Positions 1 to 12,773 of a stretch of DNA of 64,000 bases are shown one piece after another (positions within the stretch are counted from its first letter, which is position 1; each line of letters begins with the position of its first letter). The position numbers were made by a program, and so were the translations under genes. Origin of the DNA: Eledone cirrhosa (lineage: Eukaryota); assembly GCA_964016885.1 (NCBI GenBank), contig OZ024762.1:7998001-8062000 (forward strand). The letters run 5' to 3'. The notes under the pieces were generated by a model that did no database searches, was not told the DNA's origin, and was given only the letters and a program-made list of their open reading frames with translations.

Positions 1-365
1 CCACAATTACTAATACTAGCTAATTAGCATAATCAATTAACCAGTCAAGACTCACATGGATTGTCAGAGGACATGTCTTAAGATATACTAATTAATAGAC
101 ACTTCAAGAAAACCTCTAATGAATTTTCCTGTGTTAGAAATAACATCTAGACTGGACAGCTAATACAACTAAAAGGAAAACGTAATGTAATGAACTCTAC
201 GTAGTTTAGCTATAGTTATTTAATATAAAGTTAAATAACTATTAATGAGAAGACATTTGAAACTATAAACAACTTACAATATCCTCAAAATATTTAACTC
301 AACCTGAAATTAATTTAATTAATTAATTAAAAGGGAGTCCCATTTTCCCATCAGTGAGTCACTCC

Positions 366-640
366 AAGTAGAGCCGCTACTTCTCCAAATTGAAAGATTA
401 CAGCTCAGATACTATGGGCATGTGGTTAGAATGTCTTAGAAAAGAATTGCTGGACAGATTTTATGGGGCAAAACCAACCAGCAGGAGACCCAGGGGTAGA
501 CACTGAGCAGGATGGTTAGATAACATCCATGAACTTGGCTGGTCATGCTTGGGGATCCAGCCGGATCAGTTGGAGACGGTTGCTTCTGACAGGGCCAGCT
601 GGAAGGAGTGTTTGAGGACTCTGCCCCCACAATGCTCTCT
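366..640 (+). mobile_element. RTE-like non-LTR retrotransposon 3' fragment (family A)
   Basis: Matches 40910-41140 of the longer copy (gtagagccgctacttctcc...gatactatgggcatgtggttagaatgtc...ttggagacggttgcttctgaca); degenerate ORF2 C-terminus (LRYYGHVVRM...RRPRG). Confidence 0.75.
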
Positions 641-654
641 GGAATAAGTGGGCG

Positions 655-905
655 ATTTATAACTATAGGTAAGAGTTACCACAAATACTGAAATAAAGAT
701 AGTGAGTTTGGCTTTTATACTTATCTCCCTTCTTCGGATTACTGAATGCTGAAGCTGGTGCGTTACTGCACCATCTCTTGCAATTTTTGCAATTAATTTG
801 GCCTCCTGCCTTCCATCACTTGTGAAGACAGCCCCCGAAATACATGAACTTCTCCACCTGTTTCGGTGGATCTCCATTCACATGTAGGGTGCACTGTGCA
901 GGTTT
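655..905 (-). mobile_element. RTE-like LINE internal fragment (family A), opposite orientation to 366-640
   Basis: ORF 566..877 reads GAVFTSDGRQEAKLIAKIA, matching GAVFTSDGRQEEGLSARIA at 40384..40668 (post-RT thumb region). Confidence 0.75.
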
Positions 906-1193
906 CCAACAACCACTTTACAGAGTGGGCTGGGTGTACTATATTGTGACACCAACACTATTGTGTTACAGCACTAGGGAGCTCTTGTCTTCAGCCAGGA
1001 TAGGGAAAGCAGTTGCAGGAATTAGTGAGAGGGTGAGGCAACACAAGATTTATGAAAATTATTAAGATGGCAATTATAACACAAGAATTTGGGAGATTTT
1101 AATCTAAATAAGAACTTTTTTAAATGGATGGTGTTCTGTAGAATGATCAGTGGTTTGGGGGACTGGTTTCTATGGTATCTAAACTGGTTTTAA

Positions 1194-1535
1194 CCCTTTC
1201 ATGACCTTTTTCTAATGAAATGCACACTATTTCAATTAATTAATGATGAATTTTGAGGGATTTACTTAACCTTTAAGACACTGGAATTTTTTTATGAATT
1301 GTTTCCCTTGTTGATACTGTATTATATATCTAGGGGAGATTACTCTATCAGCGAATTATGCCGCCAACAGCGTCAAGAGGGTTAAACTGTTAGTTTATTA
1401 CTAAGATAGTAACTTAATGTAAGGTTCTTATATAAAATCATGTTGGAAGATTTGAATTTAAATTGGAAACCTTTAAAAGGATGGTTTTATTTCATAGAAC
1501 CAGAGCCAGTTTTGACCAGGTTGGTAACTAAAGGG
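1194..1535. mobile_element. TTAA-flanked piggyBac-type MITE (family 2) with a nested family-3 MITE at 1270-1381
   Basis: TTAA-CCCTTTCAT...TAAAGGG-TTAA termini; inner TTAA-CCTTT...GAGGG-TTAA element recurs reversed at 14901-15008. Family-2 fragments recur at ~7210-7520, 33590-34190, 37730-38070, 43320-43485 and 53900-54128. Confidence 0.65.
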
Positions 1536-2061
1536 TTAAAAGTAAAGGTGACTTAGTCAACAATTGGAACACAGACGCGACAAAGCAACCCTTCTGGCAC
1601 CTTAATCTCTCAGCCGATTTAATCTAAAACCTAGCCTAGTGATAGGACAAAGGGCAACAATGTTATCTTAAGAAACAGCACAGTACATATAGTGTGTGTG
1701 AGAAAGAGACTGTGTGTATATGTATGTGAATGTGTGTACATGTGTGAGTGTGAGGGTAACTGTGTGTGCATGTGTGAGGGTGACTGTTTGTGACTGACTG
1801 CGTGTGAGTGTGTGACTATGTATACATGTGTATAAGTGACTGTGTGTGGCTCTGTGTGTGTGTGTGTGTAATTATATACATGTATGTATGTGAATGTGTG
1901 TAACTATATATATATGTGCATGACTGTATGCTTGTGTATGTGTGTGACTATGTACGTGTATGTGTGTTGGTATGCATGTATGTATATGTGCGACTGTGTG
2001 TAAGTTTGAGAGAGAGAGCGGAGGTAGATGGAAGTTAAAAAGCAGTGGAAATGTGAGTGAT

Positions 2062-2940
2062 CATAGCTTACTATGACACACCTCAACAGACAATTTCATC
2101 ATTTACAACTGATCATAGTTCACAAAGACACACCTCAACAGACAATACCATTACTTAAGACTGACCATAGTTCACTATGACACACCTCAATAGACAGTAC
2201 CATTACTTAAGACTGACCATAGCTCACTGTGACACACCTCAACAGACAGTACCATTACTTAAGACTGACCATAGTTCACTATGACACACCTCAATAGACA
2301 GTACCATTACTTAAGACTGACCATAGCTCACTATGACACACCTCAACAGACAGTACCATTACTTAAGACTGACCATAGTTCACTATGACACACCTCAACA
2401 GACAGTACCATTACTTAAGACTGACCATAGCTCACTATGAGACACCTCAACAGACAGTACCATTACTTAAGACTGACCATAGTTCACTATGACACACCTC
2501 AATAGACAGTACCATTACTTAAGACTGACCATAACTCACTATGACACACCTCAACAGACAGTACCATTACTTAAGACTGACCATAGCTCACTGTGACACA
2601 CCTCAACAGACAGTACCATTACTTAAGACTGACCATAGTTCACTATGACACACCTCAACAGACAGTACCAATACTTAAGACTGACCATAGTTCACTATGA
2701 CACACCTCAACAGACAGTACCATTACTTAAGACTGACCATAGCTCACTATGACACACCTCAACAGAGAGTCATTAATTAAGACCGACCATAGCTCACTGC
2801 GACACACCTCAACAGACAGTTTCATCACTTACAACTGAAACATAGCTAACTATGACATCTCAATAGACAGTACCATTACTTAAGACTGACCATAGCTCAT
2901 TATGACACACCTCAACAGACAGTTTCATCACTTATGACTG
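2062..2940. repeat. 52-bp minisatellite, about 17 copies
   Basis: Unit catagctcactatgacacacctcaacagacagtaccattacttaagactgac; TTAAGA recurs at 2155 and 2207. Confidence 0.95.
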
Positions 2941-3334
2941 ATGTCTTAACACATTACAACACTCAGGAATACGATAACAGAAGGGTTAAATGAGAGCAAA
3001 ATAATTATAAAATATCCTCATAACGGCAATAGGAAAACAAAGAAAGAAAGAAAGGGACCAAGCCAAACATTTTTCAGCAGCTTAAGTAGCTTTAAAGTGT
3101 AACAACAGCAGATATTTATACAGTTGAAGTACCTTGGTCATATTACAAGATTATCAACTATCTATGTATTTTGGAAAAGTCTTCACACATACACAGAGGA
3201 ACATAACAGATAAAAAGTTCACAATATAGAACAAATAAATTGTGTGCCATGAAAAGAGAATTTATGAAATATTATTGTATAGTGTTATTGAACAGATGAT
3301 AGATGTGTGTATGTGCGTGTGTGTAAAATGGCCA

Positions 3335-3575
3335 TGTAGGTGTCACGACAAAAAGCACCCAGCCCACACTAAAAAGTGGTTGTTTTGGTGACCTGACAGA
3401 AAGTACTCAGTACACACTGTAAGCTAGTCGTTTTGCTGCTACGATAAAAAGTACACAGTACACACTGTAAGCTAGTCGTTTTGCTGCCTTGATAAAAAAA
3501 GTACTCAGTACACACTGTAAGCTGGTCGGTTTGCTGCCATGATAAAAAGTACTCAGTACACACTGTAAGCTGTTC
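3335..3575 (+). repeat. SINE-internal ~52-bp tandem module (aaaagcacccagtacacactgtaaagtggt-like)
   Basis: 4-5 diverged units; the same module is tandem at 7525-7690 (+) and 10385-10620 (-). Confidence 0.75.
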
Positions 3576-3658
3576 GGTTTGAGAAAACTCATTGCTAGAA
3601 CAGCCGTTAAAACAGCCAAATGCTGTCAATGACAGCGGTGGGTAAAAACGCCTTAGAG

Positions 3659-3850
3659 CAGGCATGTCAAACTGAGGGTACCCCAAGGACCACATATGAG
3701 ATGTCTGAGCACCAAACACGACAACTAATTGCGCACATTACAACTTAGTTTTTTTATTTCATATTACAAAGATAAAACATGCTCACGCTGTAAAAACCTT
3801 TGTGTGGGCCGCAGGTGTGCTTGTAAAGGGCCACATGTTTGACATGCCTG
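3659..3850. mobile_element. hAT (Charlie-like) MITE
   Basis: Perfect 14-bp TIR CAGGCATGTCAAAC / GTTTGACATGCCTG; 8-bp TSD ccttagag / ccttatag. Confidence 0.9.
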
Positions 3851-4321
3851 CCTTATAGGACACAGACCCAGCTGCCAATGGTTGGCAAGGGGACAATCCA
3901 TGAGGTGGGTGAAATATAGAAAATGATTGAAAGAGGAGGAGGACAAGAAGAAGTGTGTTGGCGCATAGCAGTGCTTGGAAGAAGGAAATAAAGAAAGGCA
4001 AAGTACAAGACACATTCACACACACATATACACATCTTCACCCTCACCAGCCAAATCATATCACACGGTTTAATTGAGAATATCATTCTAAAATGCTGGA
4101 TAGTGCAACAGAAAAATAAATCTTTCTGCTGGTATGTGTGTGTGTGATAAAACAAACAGCATTCTCTGTCTGCTGATCTCTGTCCGCTGAGGCATTTTTG
4201 CCCATTGTTGTCATTGACAACATTTGGCTATTTCAATGGCTGTTGTAGCGATGAATTTTCTCATTTTTTATATGAATTCCAATACATTCTCACTTCATCT
4301 CATTAGAGACAATTTTTATTC

Positions 4322-4374
<53 letters not shown>

Positions 4375-4877
4375 TATATATTTAGATTTAATCGATACAT
4401 ATAAAATACATATCGATTATGTTTCTCAATAAAAAAGTTCCATTAACTTTAATTCAGAGCATCAATTATACAAGTGCCATGTGTATATATATATATATAT
4501 ATATCACACACGCATACACCATTGTCATTATTCAACAGCTGCTTTTCCATGCTGGCTGCTAGCATGAGTTGAATGAGTCTTCACAAATTATGACAGAACA
4601 TAATTGCAACTACTGTCCACCCAGAAGGTCTGGTTGCCATGTCTGGTTTATGTATATTTTGTTTTTGACATAGTTTCTACAGTTGGATTCTCTTCCTATA
4701 ACCAACCCCATTACTAAGTGTCTAAGTAGTTTAGAAGTTTTCTTCTAAAGCATGTGGTTTCAATATATACACACACATAGTTTCAATGCGTGCAAACACA
4801 CACAGTTGTTCCAACACGCACACACACACACAGCTTCAATATATACATATATATATAAATACACATACACGGTTTCA

Positions 4878-4908
<31 letters not shown>

Positions 4909-5004
4909 GTTTCAATATATATACACACACACAGTTTCAATATATATATATATATATTATTAATTCAAAATATTAACAAATATAGTCATTCGTGTGATCA
5001 AGTA

Positions 5005-5071
5005 TATTCTATTATACATATTTCAGAGGTACTGAGCTATCTTCAACAGTACGTCCTCATCAGATAAAATA
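5005..5071 (-). ncRNA. Type I hammerhead ribozyme motif
   Basis: Minus strand: UAUUUUAU-CUGAUGA-GGACGUACUG-(12-nt loop)-CAGUACCUCU-GAAA-UAUGUA-UA-AUAGAAUA. 8-bp stem I (one GU), 10-bp stem II (one CC mismatch), short near-palindromic stem III, AUA cleavage triplet. Confidence 0.75.
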
Positions 5072-5222
5072 AGATGATGCTTGACATACCTTGACTATGT
5101 AGATGGTTAAAATTCAGTCATGGCAGTGAATAAGAATGGAAAACCAATAACTGTGGAGTGCTTCTAATCTATTGTAAAACTTTATTCATTGATTTATTCA
5201 TTGAATCTTGTTTAACCTTTAA

Positions 5223-5253
<31 letters not shown>

Positions 5254-5259
5254 GTTTCA

Positions 5260-5307
<48 letters not shown>

Positions 5308-5589
5308 GTTTCAATATATATATACACACACACACATGGTTTCAATACTTACACACACATGATTACAATATACATATATATACACACATACACATAGTTT
5401 CAATAAATATACACACACACACACTTTATTTTGTATTTGTTTTTCAAGATTGTGTTGAATCAGACATTATTATAGTTTGGTAGGGTCATGCTGCCAATAA
5501 AAACACATGCACCAGTTGAGTTTCACTTCCGTTTTATTATTAGTAACAAATCCATGGTGGTGAGTAGGTGGACAGGAACAATGGATAAA

Positions 5590-6050
5590 GTGTGCATGTA
5601 TACAGAGGAGGTAGTACCTCTACCCAGCATAAATCCAAACTGCATCTCATCTAACTTCATTCTGTCTCTAATTAATCATGCTATAACCCTCTCAGCAACT
5701 TTTATAACCTGGTCCTTCAACTTCATTCCTCCATAGTTACCTCTCTCTAGTGTAGTGGTTATCCCTTACACAGTTTACAATGATACTGCTGCGCCAGTTA
5801 TTGCATATGACAGCATCTTGATTAATTATGCATCTGACAAGCTCATAACCTAGCATGCCAGATGTTTTTTTAGCATCTCAGCAACTCTATCAGGTGGTCC
5901 AGCTGCCTTCCCTATCTTCATATCCTTAATTGCTTTGTTTATCACACTGCTGTCGACTTTGATAGCTGGGCCCTCAGTTAAATCTATATGAGGTAAGTCT
6001 CCACTATTCCATTTATTCTCTACATTCAGCAGTCACTCCTGGTAAATCTT
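5590..6050 (-). mobile_element. RTE-clade LINE reverse-transcriptase N-terminal fragment (decayed)
   Basis: Minus-strand translation with stops/frameshifts gives ...RGNYGGMKLKDQVIKVAERVIA...LIRDRMKLDEMQFGFMLGRGTT, the NYRgi...QFGF..GRgTT region of non-LTR RTs. Confidence 0.8.
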
Positions 6051-6064
6051 CCAGTCCTCTTTAA

Positions 6065-6262
6065 CCCTTTAGCATTTACATTACTCTATATTTACAATAG
6101 TATTTTCATGGTAAAGGTTTTATCTCACATAATATTGAATCTATAAGATTTTTATATTATATATTTTGAGAACAACACCGTAACATAAGTATGAGTGGTC
6201 AGTTACAGCCTGTTTGAACAAAAAGAGGTGAAAGAATTCTGGCTGGATACGGACGGTTTAAA
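6065..6262 (-). mobile_element. piggyBac-type MITE family 1 (one end truncated)
   Basis: TTAA-CCCTTTAGCATTTACATTACTCTATA terminus and internal sequence matching the complete copy at 48182-48392. Confidence 0.8.
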
Positions 6263-7789
6263 TCAGATAGGGCAAGTATTTCACTACCACTTCAGACACA
6301 CTTTTCCCCCACTACATCTCGGTTTTCTCCAGTACACTGTCTCAATATCCAGAACACATCATACCTCTGATCCTGAGCATATGTAAAATTCTCCTCTTGT
6401 TAAGAATACCTGTCACCTAGTCTCTCTTGTAGCTACTAGCTGTTGCTTTGTGGTATTTTTTTCTGGGTCTCTGAACACCGAGTTTTAATCCTAATAAGTT
6501 AAACTTTCCATTTCATATTTTTGAGGTTGATAAATAAAGACCGTGAATTAGCAAGAGTTGTTAGAACATCGGATAGAATATGTGAATTTGTATATCTGGC
6601 GAAATACGGTATGTTTATAAATAAACATTTTAAAAGCCTTCAGCTATGAATTTGAAAACTGATGGTGTAACGCCATCTAGTGTGTTCCAACAGAAGCTGC
6701 GGTATTCATTGCTGATCTCTAGTCCTGTCTTGGTCAACTAATCCTTTCCTCCATTTGAAATCGATGAAAAAAGCACCAGTCGAGCACTGGAGTCGATTCT
6801 TCCTCTATATCTCTTTCTCACGTCCTTTCTGTCACTCTCTCTATTCTTCTCTCGAAGAAATCTGCTGTATTCAGACCTTGGGAGAAGGGCTCTGCCAGGT
6901 TTTAAAATGCCTTAGGAACGCCATATCTCAATACAGCATCCCTACAACTCCTTTCAGGACTATACATACAAATAAAGTACCAGTTCAGTACTGGGGTCAA
7001 ATTCTTCCTTTATCACATTTTCTCTGGAAGAACTCATTTGTTTTCATATCTGGAGAGGCATGGACTCTGCCAGGTTTAAATGCCCAATATACACTGTCAT
7101 AATAGATCATCTATGACCCCCATCGAGAGTTCAGGGCCCATTAATACTAATATCAACAGCTGTGCTAATAATAATTGCTTATATATGCACAATACCGCAA
7201 CACTTCCATTTCCATATTTTTTAATGAAAGGCGTTACCTATAGTTTTCAAATCCTTTTGAAAACAATCAAGAATTCGGAGGGATTTAGTAACATAACAAA
7301 GGTTCTTACACATAATAACAATGGAAGGTTTTTAGATTAATATAAACACTTTAATCCTTTCATTACTATATTTCTAATGAAGGACACTGCCTATGATTTT
7401 CAAATAATTTTGAAAATAATCAAAAATTTGAAGGGATTTAGTAATATAACCAACTTTCTCATAATTAAGCCAATGTTTGGAACATAAAAGTTCTTATATA
7501 AAATTATGATGGAAGGTTTTTAGACACGACAAAAAACACCCAGCCAACCATGTAAAGTGGTGGTGTTGGTGACATAACAAAAAGCACCCAGCCAACCCTG
7601 TAAAGTGGTCATGCTGGTGACATGTCAAAAAGCACTTGGTCAACCATGTAAGGCGGTCATGCTGATGGCGTGATGAAAAAGTACCCAGTCCAGCTTGTCA
7701 GCGCTTGCCATACCTAAGTTACACCTCTGTCCACAACTCTATCATTTTGTCAGCTATGAACTATTATGATGAGTAGCACAACAGCTGTG

Positions 7790-8080
7790 AGGTGTGGTCA
7801 GATCTCTGTAAAGTGGTATGGTCACTACTCTGTTGAGGGAAATGTGGGCATCACTCTGTCGAGTGAGGTGTGGGCATCACCCTGTTGAGTGAAGTGTGGT
7901 CACTGCCGTGTCAAGTGAGGTTTGGGCACCACTCTGTCAAGGGAGGTGTGGGCATCACTGTGTTGAATGAGATGTGGTCACCACTCTGTCGAGGGAGGGT
8001 TGAGCACCACTCTGTTGAGTGAAGTATAGACACTACTCTGTTAAGTAAAGTGTGGACACCACCCGTCATGTGGGGTGTGG
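7790..8080. repeat. Degenerate ~26-bp minisatellite
   Basis: Recurring actctgttgagtgaggtgtgggcatc-like units. Confidence 0.8.
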
Positions 8081-8974
8081 CCACCAACCACTCTATAGAC
8101 ACCCATCCAACACAATTTACCCCATACCTATGCTGTACCTCTCCCTTACCCTCATTCCTATATCCTAAGGCATCCTCCTCCGCTCACCAGACATGAGGAC
8201 CTGCTGCCACCAAACCCCCCTCCTCTTTTCCCCTTCCACATGTTGTACATCTGACTGCTATTGATATTTTCTGTAGATTGTTTGAACAAAAGGAGGAGAA
8301 AGACTGACATTAAAACATGGCTTTATTTGCTAACATATGTTGCTCAGTGGAAGTAAATTAATACAGAACACATGTTACCCCTCCACACTAAATAGAGCAG
8401 TCAACAAGCTGCTTTTGTAGCTGTTATTGTCACAGAACAGTGATGGCTATCTCTACATTTTCATTAACTCTTAGGTTAACCCTTTTGTTAGGAGAGCAGA
8501 ATCATTAGAATGTTGGACAGAATGCTTTGCAATAGTATTTGTTTCAAACCCTGCTGAGGTCAACTTTACATTTCATCCTTTTAAGGTCAATAAAAAAAAA
8601 GTACCAGTCAAGTAAAGGGAACAATTCTCCCTCTACATTTCTTTCACACTTCTGTCTCCTCTCTGGAAGAAATCAGCTATGTTCAGACCTGGAGAGGAGA
8701 GGAGATGGGCTCAGCAAGGTTTTAAAAATGCCCAAGATACACTGTACCTCACAACAGCAGCCCTACAACACCACCAGAAATCATAGCTCCATACATAGAT
8801 ACGTAACCACTATGCAAAAAAATATATTTAAAATGAAAAAACACTGCTCATGATTTTCAAACCATTTTGAAAATATCAAAGAATTTCAAGGGTTTTAGAA
8901 ATATAAGTCAATTTCTCATATTAAGTTGATGTTAGGTGCATAACTTGAAAAATGTCCTTACATAGAATTATAAT

Positions 8975-9170
8975 TGTTTCTACGTTTGGCACAAGGCCAG
9001 CAATTACCTAGTGCATTACTGGTACTTTATTTTATCGACCCCATAAGGATGAAAGGCAAAGTTAACCTCGGAGGGATTTGAACTCAGATTGGAAAGGGCT
9101 GTAACTCTGCATCAAAGCATGGCGTCCGACCCTCTGCCAATCCAACTGATACTGCCAATCCAACACCCTT
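8975..9170 (-). mobile_element. tRNA-derived SINE (resembles octopus OK-type)
   Basis: Reverse complement has an A-box-like tggcagtatcagttgga, B-box GAGTTCAAATCC and conserved body ctttgcctttcatcctt...gtcgataaaataaagtaccagtaatgcact. Further copies at ~9895-10105, 11060-11195, 12025-12190, 27628-27750, 34790-35215, 42022-42195, 43515-43890, 45085-45258, 50893-51072 and 60070-60200. Confidence 0.85.
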
Positions 9171-9200
9171 ACATAGAATTATAATGGAAAGTTTTTAGAT

Positions 9201-9407
9201 ACTGTATATACTCGAATATAAGCAGAATTGAATATAAACTGACCCCACTATTTTATGTCTGAGAAATGGGCAAAAATCCAAACCTTATTTAAATAGAATT
9301 TGAAGTTGGTAAAAATCATCAAAATATTGATCCTGACTATATAAGCTGCCATTGATTTTTTTTTTTTTTATCATATATTCCTTGGCTTATATTCACATAT
9401 ACACAAT
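9201..9407. mobile_element. pogo/Tigger-like MITE (decayed)
   Basis: Imperfect TIRs ta-ctgtatatactcgaatataagc / gcttatattcacatatacacaa-ta; related right half at ~58870-59007. Confidence 0.55.
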
Positions 9408-11204
9408 AAATTTAAACGTTTTAAAATAGACCGTTTTGTAGCAAAAGAGTTAACTCTTTTGATAGCAAATTGTCTGAAACCACCTCTGGTTGAATTGAAC
9501 TTAACAAGAAGAAAAATGAAATTTACAGCTCACATCTATGGAAGTTTAACTCTTTAGCATTTAAACCGGTTGTATCTGGCCAGAATACTCTCACTTCTTT
9601 CTGTTCAAACTGGATGTAACCAGCTGCTTATACTGATGCTCAGATAAATCCCAGAGTCGATATTATGTGAGATAATTGTGTAAGATAAAGCCTTTACCAC
9701 AAAAATGCAATAGCATATATAGAGTAATGTAAATGCTAAAGGGATAAGGTATTTGTCTATTCATAGATGAAAAGCAACGACTACCCTGGTGGGATTTCAA
9801 TTCAGAATGTAAGGAGCTGAAACAAATACCACAAGGCATCTAATCCTATGTTCCAATGATTCAGTTAATCCACTCCCTTCATAATAATAGTAACTAATCT
9901 AGGCACAAGGCCAGCAATTTTGGGGGAGGAGAAAGTCGATTAAATCGATCCCAGTGCGTTACTGGTACTTTACTTTATCAATTCTGTGAGGATGAAAGAC
10001 AAAGCTAACCTCAACAGGATTTGAGCTCAGAATGTAAAGGGACATAACTATATGCCACAAATCATGCTGTCCAACTCTCTACCAATACTCCTAATCCACC
10101 ACCCTTTGTAATAATTGTTTCTACTTTAGGCACAAGACCAGCAATTTTGCTAAAGTAAACTAAATTGATTCCAGTATGTGACTGGTACTTTATTTTATTG
10201 ACCTCAGAATCTATGTCATTATCATCAACATCATCACCGTTTTATATCCATTTTTCCAAGCTAGCATGGGTTCGACGAGTTGTCCTGTTGTGGGCAATGC
10301 TAGGTCAGGTGACCATGCTTTGCTTATACAGAACTGACTTTGGCTTGGTTCCTACAACCGAATGCCCTTCCTAATGCCAACCTCATTTACAGTGGATACT
10401 GGGTACCTTTTGTTGTGACGCTTACACGACCACTTTACAGTGGATACGGGGTGCCTTTTGTCGTGACACCTACATGACCACTTTATAGTGAAAACTGGGT
10501 GCTTTTTGTCGTGACACCTATGCGACCACTTTACAGTGTGGACTGGGTGCTTTTTGTCGTGACAACTACACGACCACTTTACAGTGGAGACCGAGTGCCT
10601 TTTGCCGTGACACCTACACAACAATGTTTCTATAGATTTAAAATATATTTTATATTCTGCTCTTTCCAACAAATCAATAGTTGAATATATAGTGATAGGT
10701 TTATAAGCTGCTGTTATTGTCAGAGTAAATTTGGTTAGCATACAAAAGTGAATCACTGCGACTGGTCAACATGGCCTGGTGGTTAGGGTGTACAATTGTA
10801 AGAAATGAAAAATGAAATCTACTTTACTATTATATTTTCACGGTAAAGGCTTTACCTCACATAATATTGAGAACAATACCTTAATATCAATATGAGCAGC
10901 TGGCTATGGCCACTTTGAACAGAAAGAGGTGAGTGAATTCTGGCCAGATACGGCTGGTTTAAATGCTAAAGGGTTAACTGGGCTCCCACAAGTTTTATCT
11001 CATAGGAGATTTGTTGGGTGTTTTAATAAGGACCACAGTCCTATCATGTTATTGTTACTTGTTTCTACTTTAGGCACAAGGCCAGCAATTACCCAGTGCA
11101 TTACTGGTACTTTATTTTATCGACCCCGTAAGGATGAAAGGCAAAGTCAACCTCGGCGGGATTTGAACTCAGATCGTAAAGGGATGTAACTATGTAGGTT
11201 TAGC

Positions 11205-11690
11205 TGAGTTCCTACAATTGATCTGGCTGTATCAAGCGAGACCAGCCAAGCTCATGGATATTATTCAACTATCTTACTCAGAGTCTACCCCTGGGTTTCC
11301 TGCTGGTTGGTTTTGCCCATAAAATATGCCCAACAATTATTTCCTTAGACATTCTAACTACATGTCTGTAGTATTGGAATTGTGATCTCTCAATTTGGAG
11401 AAGTAGCGGCTCTACCGAAGACCCTCAAAGGAAATCCCTTTCAACTACTTGTATTTGCAACTGTATTCTTTCAGTCATTACCTAAGATTCATGACCATAG
11501 ATAAGGGTTGGCACAAATACCAAATTAAAGCTAGCAAGTTTGGGTTTTACACCTTCTGATTACCGAATGCTGAAGCTGGTACATTACTGCACCAGCTCCT
11601 GCAATTCTTGCCCTTAATTCAGTCTCCTGTCTTCCAGCACACATAAAAACAGCCCAGAGATACTTGAACTTTTCCACCTGCTTCAGAGTG
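11205..11690 (-). mobile_element. RTE-like LINE 3' fragment (family A)
   Basis: Reverse complement is collinear with 40575-41110 (gaagcaggtggaaaagttcaagtatctc...gtagagccgctacttctcc...). Another 3' piece at ~45790-45995 (-). Confidence 0.75.
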
Positions 11691-12564
11691 TGGGACCAGA
11701 CCATATAACCTGCCTAATTCATTTTAATTAAACACAAACAATATTTTGAAGGGAAAGGATTGAGTAGACTGAACTAGACTAGTATATTACTGGTACAAAT
11801 ATAATTAACCCTTTTGATACACCCCCACCCCACCCCACCCCCCAAAACTGCCCTGGTTTTATGATACACAACTGCCTATTGTAAAGTGATTGTGTATGTT
11901 TGTATAGTCCCATAACTCCTGATGGAGTCGTAGGGGCACAGTATTGACATATGACATTTCTTGTCCATTTTAAGCCTGGCAGAACCCATCCTTTTCCAGG
12001 CAGATTTCTTTCAGTGAGAGGAAGAATCGACCCCAGTACTAGACTGGTACTTTTTTTTTTATTGACCTCGAAAGGATGAAAGGCAAAGTTGACCCCAGCG
12101 GGATTTGAACTCAGAGAACAGAGAACCGGAACGAATACCATAAAGCATTCTATCTGACGTTCTAACGACTCTGCTAATTCACTGCCCATTATATTAAAAT
12201 GATTATATTTATATCAAAACCTATCATCACAATTTTATGTTAACAACTTTCGTTCTATACATCAGTTTATTAATGGAAAAGTGAAGCTATGTTAAGCTAT
12301 TCTTTATTATTTTCGAAATTAATTGAAACTTGGGTTGCAGGCAGTGAAAGGGGAGAGAGGAAACAAAATGTAGCTGACAATTTAAAACAACGATAACCCT
12401 TTTGAAACTAACCCACTTACCAACAGGATGGGACAAAATTTTGAAACAGGTCTGAAATTTTAATAATTTTTAATTTCTTTTTTAACCCGGCCACATGCTA
12501 CTATATTAATAAATATAATCACATTAATATAGTAGGCGGATAATTGGTGGAGAATTGGCAGAAA

Positions 12565-12773
12565 ATTAGCATTTAAACCGGCCAAATCCAGCCAGAATTC
12601 TCTCACCTCTTTCTGTTCAAACCACATGTAACCAGCCTCTCCTACTAATGTTAGGGGCATTGTTCTCAATATAAATAATATCAAAATCTCATAGATTTTA
12701 TATTATGTGAGATAAAGACTTTACCATGAAAATATAATAGTATATATAATAGAGTAATGTAAATGCTAAAGGG
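12565..12773 (+). mobile_element. piggyBac-type MITE family 1
   Basis: tagcatttaaaccggcc...gtaatgtaaatgctaaaggg-TTAA; further copies at ~9550-9746, 10820-10973 and 32460-32583. Confidence 0.8.

Noticed and set aside
2062-2940. Regularly spaced repeats resembling a CRISPR array (also 28273-29170)
   Set aside because: Units are contiguous tandem copies without unique spacers; no cas genes; eukaryotic context.
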